Assembly: GCA_035700455.1 (NCBI GenBank)
Contig: DASSOO010000236.1
Coordinates: forward strand, 1-26,641
Origin: Gammaproteobacteria bacterium
GTDB lineage: Bacteria; Pseudomonadota; Gammaproteobacteria; Natronospirales; DASSBR01
Length of the DNA: 26,641 bases
Reading direction: 5' to 3'
Of this stretch, positions 18,482-26,641 are shown piece after piece. The position numbers and the translations under genes were made by a program. The first letter of the stretch is position 1. Each line of letters starts with the position of its first letter. The notes under the pieces were generated by a model. It was not told the DNA's origin, made no database searches, and was given only the letters and a program-made list of their open reading frames with translations.

Positions 18482-19347
18482 GCGGCGATCAGCGTTTGCT
18501 TGTAATCCTGGAACAGGTGCCATACGCGGCGCCACATTGTTCCCGGCCTGCCGTCGCCGACCGGCTGGTTGTCCAGGCTCGTGACTGCAACCACTTCGCG
18601 CGTCGAGCTCGCGAGCCAGATTTCTCCGGCGCCGCGCAGCTCCGTTTCGCGGATTTCGCGCTCCGCAACCGCGAGGCCGCCGTCGCGCGCAAGCTCAAGT
18701 ACGAGATCGCGGGTGATACCGGGCAGGAGCCGTTTATCCTTAGGCGGTGTGCAGACAGTGCCGGCAGCATCGACGATGAACAGTGTGCTGGCGGAGCCTT
18801 CGGTGGCGCAGCCGCCCATGAGCAGAATCGTTTCGGCGGCACCGGCGTCTTCAGCCTGCTGACGCAGCAGCACGTTGCCGAGAAGCGAAATCGTCTTGAT
18901 GTCGCACCGCCGCCAGCGAATGTCTTCGCATGTGATGCAGGTAACGCCTTCATCGAGCACTTGTTGCGGCATTGGCGCGAGTGGCGAGGCCATCGCAAAA
19001 ACGGTCGGCGAGACGCCGGAAGGAAAGCGGTGATCGCGCATGTCTGCCGCTCCGCGCGTGACCTGCAAGTACACGCTCAGGTTGCCGCCGCCGTTCCTGT
19101 CGGCGACGCCTTGCAGAACTTCGCGCCACTGTGCCGGTGAATACGGATCGTCGAGGCGTGCCTCGCCGAGGCTGTAGCGCAGCCGCGCGAGGTGCGCGTC
19201 GAATCGGAACAAGCGGCCGCCGTAAGCGGGGATCACCTCGTAGATGCCGTCGCCGAACAGGAAGCCGCGGTCGAGCGGCGACACGCTGATGTCGCCCAGC
19301 GGCAGAAAACGGCCGTTAAACCAGGCTGTCGGCAGCGGGTTCGGCAT
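18478..19347 (-). CDS. dat: D-amino acid aminotransferase (PLP class IV)
   Basis: DRGFLFGDGIYE, DIKTISLL, EGSASTLF, LPGITR and SSTREV; ATG 19347 overlaps the dacA stop (TGATG). Confidence 0.88.
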   Translation of the reverse strand: MPNPLPTAWFNGRFLPLGDISVSPLDRGFLFGDGIYEVIPAYGGRLFRFDAHLARLRYSLGEARLDDPYSPAQWREVLQGVADRNGGGNLSVYLQVTRGAADMRDHRFPSGVSPTVFAMASPLAPMPQQVLDEGVTCITCEDIRWRRCDIKTISLLGNVLLRQQAEDAGAAETILLMGGCATEGSASTLFIVDAAGTVCTPPKDKRLLPGITRDLVLELARDGGLAVAEREIRETELRGAGEIWLASSTREVVAVTSLDNQPVGDGRPGTMWRRVWHLFQDYKQTLIAA

Positions 19348-20489
19348 CAGTGAAACAGCAGCGCGATGCTGTCGACCATGCGCCGCCACAGGCCGCCTTC
19401 GTCGACGGACTTGAGCGCGTACAGCGGCGCGCTGGCAACCATCTTGTCCCCGAGCATGACTTTCACCTCACCGATCGGTTTGTCGGCATCGACCGGGGCG
19501 ATAATCGTTTTCGGCAATTGCATCTTGGCTTCGAGTTTGTTGACTTCCCCTTTCGGTACGACGACGTAGAGATCGGATTTGAGTCCGATTGCCACCTGTT
19601 CAGCATCGCCCTTCCAGACTTTTGCCTCGGTCAGCTTGCTGCCGGCGGCATACAGCGTACGGCCCTCGAAGAAGTGATAGCCGTAGTTCAGCAACGCTTC
19701 GCTTTCGTCGGCGCGCGCCTTTTCGCTTGGTGTGTTCATGACCACCGAGATCAACCGCATATCGCCCCGCTTGGCCGAGATGACCATGCAGTAGCCGGCG
19801 GCGTCGGTGTGGCCGGTCTTGAGGCCGTCCACCGACGGGTCGCGCCACAGCAGCAGGTTGCGGTTCGTCTGGTGGATATTGTTCCAGGTGAGGTCCTTGT
19901 CTGCGAAAAATTCCTTGTAGTAATCGGGGAATTCTTTGACGATAGCGCGCGCGAGCGTGGCAAGGTCGCGGGCGCTGGTGTAATGGTCGGGATGCGGCAG
20001 ACCGCTGGCGTCGGTGTAATGCGTGTTCTTCAAGCCTAGTTGCTTGACGTATGCATTCATCATGTTGACGAAGCCCGCCTCCGTGCCGCCTACATATTCC
20101 GAGAGCGCAACCGTGGCGTCGTTGCCGGAATCAATGATGATGCCCTTGATCAGATCCTGCACCGACACCTTGCTGCCGAGCTTGAGGAACATGCGCGAGC
20201 CGCCCATGCGCCAGGCTTTTTCGCTGACCGTCGCCTTGTCGTCGAGATGGATAGCCCCGGATTTCAGGGCGTGAAAAGTGACGTAGAGACTCATCAGCTT
20301 GGTAAGGCTCGCCGGCGGCAGGCGCTCGTCGGCATTCTTCTGGGCGATGACCGTGCCGGTTTTGAAATCTTCGAGAATGTAACTCTTGGCCGACAGGACC
20401 GGCGCCGATGGAATGGGCAGGGGCGCGGCCTGGATGGGCGCGAGCGCACTGCCGACGAGCAGCACGACGAACAGGGGCAGGATTTTCAC
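19347..20489 (-). CDS. dacA: D-alanyl-D-alanine carboxypeptidase (PBP5/6 family; dacA/dacC-like)
   Basis: SxxK (ASLTK), SGN and KTG motifs; signal peptide; C-terminal amphipathic helix. Confidence 0.93.
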   Translation of the reverse strand: MKILPLFVVLLVGSALAPIQAAPLPIPSAPVLSAKSYILEDFKTGTVIAQKNADERLPPASLTKLMSLYVTFHALKSGAIHLDDKATVSEKAWRMGGSRMFLKLGSKVSVQDLIKGIIIDSGNDATVALSEYVGGTEAGFVNMMNAYVKQLGLKNTHYTDASGLPHPDHYTSARDLATLARAIVKEFPDYYKEFFADKDLTWNNIHQTNRNLLLWRDPSVDGLKTGHTDAAGYCMVISAKRGDMRLISVVMNTPSEKARADESEALLNYGYHFFEGRTLYAAGSKLTEAKVWKGDAEQVAIGLKSDLYVVVPKGEVNKLEAKMQLPKTIIAPVDADKPIGEVKVMLGDKMVASAPLYALKSVDEGGLWRRMVDSIALLFH

Positions 20490-20530
20490 GCTGGACGGTC
20501 TCCATTCAGGTGCGGCGGCAAAACGCAGCT

Positions 20531-20559
20531 ATTGTGCCTAAAAATCAGGTACCTAGCAA
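20531..20559 (-). promoter_or_regulatory. Possible internal promoter for dacA (TTGCTA-N17-CACAAT)
   Basis: Found in the 107-bp rlpA-dacA gap with a correct spacer. Confidence 0.45.
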
Positions 20560-20596
20560 AGGGTAAACGACGAAAGCACGAGTAAAAGCCCGACAT

Positions 20597-21445
20597 TTAC
20601 GGGATGACCACCTGGGCATCGTGGATGCCGAGTTTGTCGAGACGCGCTGTCGTCGCGTCGACAGCATCGACATTGGCCAGGGGACCGATACGCACGCGAT
20701 AGAGGCTCATACCTTCGCGGATGATGGTTGTAATGGCCACCGGTCCCACCGCTTCGAGCTCCAGACGCGCCTTCATGCGCTCGGCATTTGCATTGTCGGC
20801 ATAGGCTCCTACCTGCAGGTAGAGCTTGGGCGGTTGCGCGAATTCGGATCGCGGCGGCTGCGATGCCGCAATCTCGTCCGGCGACGGCGGGGCGCCGACG
20901 GTGATTGCCTTGACATCGACGAGCGCGGTGCCTTTTTTCAGCATGCCGAGCCTGGCAGCCGCGGCATATGACAAATCGATGATGCGGTTTTCATGGAACG
21001 GCCCGCGATCATTGATCTTGACGACCACGCTTTTGCCGTTTTCGAGGTTGGTAACGCGCGCGTAGGTCGGCAGCGGCAGCACCTTGTTGGCCGCGGTCAT
21101 CTTGTACATATCGTAAACTTCGCCGCTCGAGGTGCGCCGGCCGTCGAAGCCGGTGCCGTACCACGAGGCGATGCCGCGCTTGTCGTAGCCGTCGGCACTA
21201 TCGAGAACGACATAGCGCTTGCCGGCGACGACGTAGGAAGCGGGATTGCCGTAGCGGCTTGGGGTGACTGGTCGCGGCACGGCGTCGGGCACGTTCGAGA
21301 CGTCGACGGGATGCCGCGGTGCGCCGTCGCGCGGACCGAAGGAGCAGCCGGCAAGCGCCGTCAAGACGACAATTGAAATCAGCTGCAGGAGCAATGCGCG
21401 GGTCGCGAACATCGCGACCTGTGGGCTGCTCCTAATTGCCGCCAT
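20597..21445 (-). CDS. rlpA: Septal ring lytic transglycosylase RlpA (DPBB plus SPOR); alternative start 21412
   Basis: Lipobox LAGC, GIASWYG, VKINDRGPF, RIIDLSYAA and SPOR LQVGAY. Confidence 0.95.
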   Translation of the reverse strand: MAAIRSSPQVAMFATRALLLQLISIVVLTALAGCSFGPRDGAPRHPVDVSNVPDAVPRPVTPSRYGNPASYVVAGKRYVVLDSADGYDKRGIASWYGTGFDGRRTSSGEVYDMYKMTAANKVLPLPTYARVTNLENGKSVVVKINDRGPFHENRIIDLSYAAAARLGMLKKGTALVDVKAITVGAPPSPDEIAASQPPRSEFAQPPKLYLQVGAYADNANAERMKARLELEAVGPVAITTIIREGMSLYRVRIGPLANVDAVDATTARLDKLGIHDAQVVIP

Positions 21446-22466
21446 TGGCCTTGCTGATTGCCTGGCTTAGCTGGTACACCGCCATCGCGTACAGCGGGCT
21501 GCGGTTGTAGCGGGTAATGACGACGAAGTTATGCAGGCCCACCCAATATTCTGTTTTGCCGCTGCCATCGTCGAGCGCGACCAGCACCGCGTCCGCGTCG
21601 TCGGCCACCGGGTCGGCGAACGTGAAGCCGGCGGTGCGGAGCGCGCCAACAGTTGTCGGTTTCATCGGATCGGGCAATTTGGCCGCAGCCGGATGCGCCG
21701 GCGGCGTCGCACGCACCGCGACCGCGCCGCCGCGCTGCCATCCGTTTTCGGCAAAGTAGTTGGCGACGCTGCCGATGATGTCGTCCCAATCGGTCCACAG
21801 GTCGCTTCTGCCGTCGCCGTCGAAATCCACCGCATACTGGCGGTAACTGCTGGAAATGAACTGCGGAGCCCCGAGCGCACCGGCATAGGAACCCTGCATC
21901 TTTGCCGGGTCGAAATGTTGCTCGCGGGCAAGCAGCAAGTATTGATGCAGCTCTTTGCGGAAGAACGTCGCGCGCGGCGGGTAGTCGAAACCGAGCGTCG
22001 CGAGTGCATCGATGACCGGATAGCGGCCTGCAATCAGGCCGTAGTTGCTTTCTACGCCGATAATTGCGGTTACGATACGCGGCGGTACGCCATAGACTTT
22101 TTGGGCGCGGTCGAGCGCCGCACGATGCGCTGCAAGAAAGCGCGCGCCGCCGGTCGCACGTGCATCAGTCAGAAAGATGCCGCGATAGCGGTACCAGGGC
22201 AGCGATTCGGCCGGTTTGGTAATGCGCGCGATGACATCGTCGCTGTGACGGGCGCTGGAAAACAGCTTTTCAAGCTGCGCGCGCTGAAAGTGGTCTTCGT
22301 TCACCAGCTTGTCGATGAATGCCTGCACTTCCGGACGTGCGAGATAGCCGTCAACTTCCGCCGGTGCGGCAGGAGTTGCCGTTTTCGCTGGTGTGGCGCA
22401 CGCAGTTAACGCGAGCGCGGTGAAAAAAGCGGTGAACTTCAACGTTTTTGCGAGGCGTAATTTCAC
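21432..22466 (-). CDS. mltB: Lytic murein transglycosylase B
   Basis: Lipobox [30 protein letters not shown] and FVVITRYN; GTG 22466 overlaps the rodA stop. Confidence 0.93.
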   Translation of the reverse strand: MKLRLAKTLKFTAFFTALALTACATPAKTATPAAPAEVDGYLARPEVQAFIDKLVNEDHFQRAQLEKLFSSARHSDDVIARITKPAESLPWYRYRGIFLTDARATGGARFLAAHRAALDRAQKVYGVPPRIVTAIIGVESNYGLIAGRYPVIDALATLGFDYPPRATFFRKELHQYLLLAREQHFDPAKMQGSYAGALGAPQFISSSYRQYAVDFDGDGRSDLWTDWDDIIGSVANYFAENGWQRGGAVAVRATPPAHPAAAKLPDPMKPTTVGALRTAGFTFADPVADDADAVLVALDDGSGKTEYWVGLHNFVVITRYNRSPLYAMAVYQLSQAISKANGGN

Positions 22467-23599
22467 GATGGCATCAGTTTCCTGTGGGCATGAATGCTCA
22501 TGAGGATACCGAAGCCGCCCATCAGGGTCACCATCGAAGTGCCGCCGTAGCTGACCAGTGGCAGCGGCACACCGACCACGGGCAGCAGTCCGCTGACCAT
22601 GCCGGTATTCACAAACACGTAAACGAAAAAGGTCAGCGTTATGCCGCCGGCGAGCAGGCGCGAGAATGTGTCCTGCGCCTTGATCGCGATGTACAGGCCG
22701 CGCGCGATGATGAAGCCGTAGATGATCAGCAGGCCTAGCGCTCCGAGCAGGCCAAATTCCTCGCCGACGACTGCAAAAATAAAATCGGTCGAGCGCTCCG
22801 GCAGAAAATCGAGCTGTGCCTGGGTGCCGTTCAGCCAGCCCTTGCCGAACAGGCCGCCGGAGCCGATCGCGATCTTCGACTGGATGATGTGGTAGCCGGC
22901 ACCGAGCGGATCGCGTTCCGGGTCGAGAAACGTCAGCACGCGCTCGCGTTGGTAGCCGTGCAGGAAGAAGAACCACAGGATTGGCGCAGCGATCGCGGCG
23001 AGCAGCAGCACAATCAGGATTGTCCGCCAACGCATGCCGGCGAGAAATACCGCGAAGCAGCCGGCCGAGAGCACCAGCAATGCCGTGCCGAGGTCGGGCT
23101 GGTGCGCGATCAGCGCGGCCGGCAGGAAAATCAGCGCGAACGCGACGACGAGTTCCCACCATCGCGGTGGCAGCGGCTTCGCGTGCAGGTAGCGCGCGAC
23201 CATCATCGGCAACGCGAGTTTCATGATTTCCGACGGCTCGAAGCGGATGAAGCCGAGGTCGAGCCAGCGCTCGGCGCCCTTGCCGATGTCGCCCGCGTGC
23301 AGCACCACGATCAAAAGCAGCAGCCCCGCGCCGTATAGCCAGGGTGCCCACAGGCGGAAAAATTGCGGCCGGATCTGCGCGGCGACGAGCAGCACGATGA
23401 AGGCGAGCCCGATGCGTACCGCCTGGCGCATCACAACGTCGATGCTCGGCCCGCTCGCACTGTACAGGATCGCGAGGCCGGTGGCGCTCAGAATCACCAG
23501 GCCGGCAAACAGCGGCAGGTCGATCTTGAGCGCGCGCGCAAGCCATTGGCCGAGCGTCAGGTCGCCGGTGTCGTAGCGGTTGAGGTCGAGCGTGTTCAA
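22463..23599 (-). CDS. rodA: Rod shape-determining protein RodA (SEDS)
   Basis: [49 protein letters not shown] and SYGGTS. Start inferred as TTG 23599, overlapping the mrdA stop. Confidence 0.94.
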   Translation of the reverse strand: MNTLDLNRYDTGDLTLGQWLARALKIDLPLFAGLVILSATGLAILYSASGPSIDVVMRQAVRIGLAFIVLLVAAQIRPQFFRLWAPWLYGAGLLLLIVVLHAGDIGKGAERWLDLGFIRFEPSEIMKLALPMMVARYLHAKPLPPRWWELVVAFALIFLPAALIAHQPDLGTALLVLSAGCFAVFLAGMRWRTILIVLLLAAIAAPILWFFFLHGYQRERVLTFLDPERDPLGAGYHIIQSKIAIGSGGLFGKGWLNGTQAQLDFLPERSTDFIFAVVGEEFGLLGALGLLIIYGFIIARGLYIAIKAQDTFSRLLAGGITLTFFVYVFVNTGMVSGLLPVVGVPLPLVSYGGTSMVTLMGGFGILMSIHAHRKLMPS

Positions 23600-25473
23600 T
23601 GGTTTGCCTTGGCTATTCCCGGAGCCGGTTGGTCCGGCGCCAGATAAGCATCCATCACTGCACGCGCGATCGGTGCAGCGGTCGAGCCGCCGTGGCCGCC
23701 GTGCTCGACGACCACGGCGACCGCGATGCGCGGATGGTCGACCGGCGCGAAGCCAATAAACAACGCGTGGTTGCGCAGCGCTTCCGGAATCTTGCTCTCG
23801 TCGCTGCCTTCTTCCGGATCGGAACTGTACACCTGCGCGGTGCCGGTTTTGCCGGCGATTGTATACTTCGCGCCGCGCTTGATGATATGCGCGGTGCCGT
23901 GAATGCTGTTGACGACGTTCTCCATGTCGTGCGCCATCAGCGTCCAGTTCGATGGATTGTGCAGCACGACCGGCGGCAGCGGCTGCGGGTCGGCATCGAG
24001 CGTGACGCCGGTGAGCGGGTTGCGAATCGCGTGCAGCACGCGCGGCCGGAAACGTTCGCCATGCGCGGCGAGCACGCCGTCCGCCATCGCGAGTTGCAGC
24101 GGCGTCACCAGCAGATAGCCTTGGCCAATGCCAACGATAACGGTTTCGCCCGGAAACCAGACGTGCCCGGTGGTGCGCTTCTTCCATTGCGGCGACGGCA
24201 CCAGGCCGTCGAGTTCGCCCATCATGTCGATGCCGGTCGGCTTGCCCAGTCCGAAACGGCTGAGGAAGTCGTGAATGTGGTCGATGCCGAGCTTGACCGC
24301 TATGCTGTAGAAATACACGTCGCACGATTCGGTGATCGCGTCGCGCAGGTCGACCGAGCCGTGGCCCCAGCGCTTCCAGCCGTGGTAGATGTGCGGGTCG
24401 TTGGGCAGCTTGAACTCGCCGGGGCAGAACACGTGCGTCGACGGCGTTGCAACGCCGTAGTAGAGCGCGGCGAGGCCCATGAACGGCTTGATCGTCGAAC
24501 CCGGCGGGTACTGGCCGCGCAGTACGCGGTTGAACAGCGGCTGCTTTGGATCCGTTTGCAGCCGCTCGTAGCTTGCCTGGTCGATGCCGCCGACGAAAAG
24601 GTTCGGGTCGTAGCCGGGCTTGCTGACCATCGCCAGCACTTCGCCGGTATGCGGATCGAGCGCGACCACGGCGCCCGCGTGCGTGCCAAGCGCTTCGTAT
24701 GCCACGCGCTGCAAACGTGCGTCAATACTGAGATAGAGATCGCTGCCCGGTACCGGCGAATGTTCGCCGACGACGCGCACGATGCGTCCCTGTGCGTTCA
24801 CTTCCACCTGGCGTTCGCCGACCGAGCCGTGCAGCAGGCTTTCGTAGGCGCGCTCGACGCCGATCTTGCCGATCTGCGAGGTGCCGCTGTACTGGCTCGG
24901 GTCGATGGCGGCGAGGTCGGCCTGGCTGATCGCGCCGACGTAGCCGATGACGTGCGACGCAATCGCGCCGAGCGGATACTGGCGTTGCAGCCGCGCGCGA
25001 ATGTCCACACCCGGAAAGCGCTGGCGGTTGACCGCAAAACGCGCGACTTCTTCATCGCTCAAGTCGCTGCGCAGCACTACCGACTGGAAAGAGCGGCCGC
25101 TCGCGAGCAGATCATGGAAGCGGCGCAGGTCCGACGGGCGCAAGTTGATGATCTTGCCGAGCGCCGCCAGTGTTTTCTTCATGTCCGGCACTTGCTCGGG
25201 CGTCACTTCGAGCGCATAGCTCGGCACGTTGCGCGCGAGCACGACACCGTTGCGGTCGTAGATCAGGCCGCGTGTCGGCGTCACCGGATCGAGCCGCAGC
25301 CGATTATTTTCCGACAGCGTCACGAAGTGGCTGCCGTTGACGATCTGCAGGTAAATCAGCCGGCCGACGACCGCCAGCAGCGCGAGCGTTGCAAACAGCC
25401 CGGCGATCAGCCCGCGCGCCAGGAATTGCCGATACTCGGCTTCCTGGTTCTTGATTCGCGAGCGGGCTTTCAT
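23596..25473 (-). CDS. mrdA: Penicillin-binding protein 2
   Basis: [17 protein letters not shown] (SxxK), SCD and KTGTAQ. Confidence 0.96.
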   Translation of the reverse strand: MKARSRIKNQEAEYRQFLARGLIAGLFATLALLAVVGRLIYLQIVNGSHFVTLSENNRLRLDPVTPTRGLIYDRNGVVLARNVPSYALEVTPEQVPDMKKTLAALGKIINLRPSDLRRFHDLLASGRSFQSVVLRSDLSDEEVARFAVNRQRFPGVDIRARLQRQYPLGAIASHVIGYVGAISQADLAAIDPSQYSGTSQIGKIGVERAYESLLHGSVGERQVEVNAQGRIVRVVGEHSPVPGSDLYLSIDARLQRVAYEALGTHAGAVVALDPHTGEVLAMVSKPGYDPNLFVGGIDQASYERLQTDPKQPLFNRVLRGQYPPGSTIKPFMGLAALYYGVATPSTHVFCPGEFKLPNDPHIYHGWKRWGHGSVDLRDAITESCDVYFYSIAVKLGIDHIHDFLSRFGLGKPTGIDMMGELDGLVPSPQWKKRTTGHVWFPGETVIVGIGQGYLLVTPLQLAMADGVLAAHGERFRPRVLHAIRNPLTGVTLDADPQPLPPVVLHNPSNWTLMAHDMENVVNSIHGTAHIIKRGAKYTIAGKTGTAQVYSSDPEEGSDESKIPEALRNHALFIGFAPVDHPRIAVAVVVEHGGHGGSTAAPIARAVMDAYLAPDQPAPGIAKANH

Positions 25474-25543
25474 CGCGCGCGGCTCCGCTCCCTCTGCTTC
25501 CAGGCGGGCGAGGTGAGAGGATCGGCCGATTGCAGCGAAATCC

Positions 25544-26029
25544 TCATCGGACCTGGTAGTGGCGTCGCAGATGCCTGAGGAAACTCATCAGCCACGGCCA
25601 GATCAACAGGCTGGTTGCAACCGGCATCCAGCGCAGCAGCGGGCGCGCCGGATAGCCGAGTGCGCCGTCCACCCAGAACAGCACGAACTCGTACAGCACC
25701 ACCAGCAAGGCGACCGTCAGCGTCTGCTGCCAGAGCGGAAATACGCGTACCTGCAAATGGATTTTGACTACGAAAAAGGCTACCAGCGCGAGTGCAAGCG
25801 CGTGCTCACCGAGCAAGGTGCCGGAGAGCACGTCAAGCAGCAGACCGAGCGTCCACGCGAGGCCGATGCCGACCCGGTGCGGCAGCGCCAGGCACCAGTA
25901 AATGACCACCAGTACCACCCAGTGCGGCCAGAACGGCTGCGCGCCGCCGGGCAGATGCCAGATACTCAGCACCAGCGCCGCGATCAGCGTGAGCACGACC
26001 AGCCAGCCACCGTGAGTATGTTCGCTCAT
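25544..26029 (-). CDS. mreD: Rod shape-determining protein MreD
   Basis: Hydrophobic; PHWVVLVVIYW, GLLLDVLSGTLLGEHAL; ATG 26029 overlaps the mreC stop (ATGA). Confidence 0.93.
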   Translation of the reverse strand: MSEHTHGGWLVVLTLIAALVLSIWHLPGGAQPFWPHWVVLVVIYWCLALPHRVGIGLAWTLGLLLDVLSGTLLGEHALALALVAFFVVKIHLQVRVFPLWQQTLTVALLVVLYEFVLFWVDGALGYPARPLLRWMPVATSLLIWPWLMSFLRHLRRHYQVR

Positions 26030-26641
26030 TGCGGCGTACCCGGTTGAGACGCGGCGGCATTGCCTTTCTTCGCCGGTATCTGCTTCGCGGCGGGTGCATG
26101 CTTGTCGTTCGGCGGCCACAGCAGCAGCACTTCATGGCTGCGGTCAATTTCGGCGGCGGGACGCGCATCGACCTCCGCAAACGGCGCCCCCGGATTTTGT
26201 ACGACCCTGGTTACGGTACCGACGGGGTAGCCGCGCGGGAAGCGGCCGCCGAGGCCGGAGGTGACGAAGGTGTCGCCGACCTTGATATCGGCGTTGTTCG
26301 GCAGGTACGGCAATTCGAGCCGGCTTGCATCGCCGGTGCCGACGGCGATCGTGCGCAGGCCGTTGCGGCCGATTTCGACGGGGATGGCGGTGTTCGGATC
26401 CGTAATCAGGATCGCGACGGACGAAAACGCGTCGGTGTGCGTGATCTGGCCCATGACGCCGTGCGCGCCGAGCAGCGGCTGACCTCGATAGACGCCGTCG
26501 AGGCTGCCCTTGTTGATAACGAGCTGCTGGCGGAACGGGTCGAGGTTAATCGACATGACTTCGCCCACGCGCACCTCGCCGCGCGCTTTCGGCGCCGCTT
26601 CCATCAGCGCGCGCAATTCGGCATTTTCGCGCTCCAGCGCC
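26026..26641 (-). CDS. mreC: Rod shape-determining protein MreC; 5' end beyond the window
   Basis: ALERENAELRALM, INKGSLDGV, LITDPNTAIPV and VTSGLGGRFPRGYPVG. Confidence 0.95.
   Translation of the reverse strand, partial: ALERENAELRALMEAAPKARGEVRVGEVMSINLDPFRQQLVINKGSLDGVYRGQPLLGAHGVMGQITHTDAFSSVAILITDPNTAIPVEIGRNGLRTIAVGTGDASRLELPYLPNNADIKVGDTFVTSGLGGRFPRGYPVGTVTRVVQNPGAPFAEVDARPAAEIDRSHEVLLLWPPNDKHAPAAKQIPAKKGNAAASQPGTPQ

Noticed and set aside
18478-19347. D-amino acid aminotransferase inside the dacA-ybeD-lipB cluster as a novelty
   Set aside because: This arrangement is familiar in beta- and gamma-proteobacteria and fits a peptidoglycan-related role.
21432-23546. 704-aa ORF as a RodA-overlapping MltB fusion
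   Set aside because: The upstream 360 aa are an Arg/Ala-rich alternative frame of rodA. The lipobox signal peptide and GTGA overlap place the real start at 22466.
22463-24325. 620-aa RodA
   Set aside because: The N-terminal extension is a shadow frame of mrdA; RodA homology begins after TTG 23599.
25474-25543. 70-bp mreD-mrdA spacer with a CCTCT/AGAGG stem as a regulatory RNA
   Set aside because: The short stem is unremarkable and matches no RNA family I recognise.
23599-25578. Long antisense ORFs (659 aa here; also 2055-3671, 4682-6355, 6669-8057, 12394-13692)
   Set aside because: They mirror real genes codon for codon, as expected from stop-poor antisense frames in high-GC DNA, and show no recognisable motifs.

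Overview
GC-rich, probably gammaproteobacterial chromosomal window with mostly housekeeping genes: rnk (partial), a large secreted BNR/VPS10 beta-propeller protein, opgG-opgH (OpgH split into two ORFs), metF-metH, bcp, gcvR, dapA plus a mini BamC-like lipoprotein, and the mreC(partial)-mreD-mrdA-rodA-mltB-rlpA-dacA-dat-ybeD-lipB cluster. The unusual content is mostly non-coding or accessory. (1) The metF leader holds two SAM-II-like aptamers in tandem. The first is coupled to an intrinsic terminator/antiterminator and the second abuts the RBS. (2) At 8.2-9.95 kb there is a four-member family of small secreted C-x15-C proteins: a 5'-truncated pseudogene, two self-overlapping tandem genes joined by a homogenised 232-bp block, and an inverted divergent paralogue. 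(3) Four intergenic long inverted repeats are built from 7/14-nt periodic units that differ in sequence but share architecture. All calls come from reading the sequence by eye and from recalled family motifs. No database search was run.
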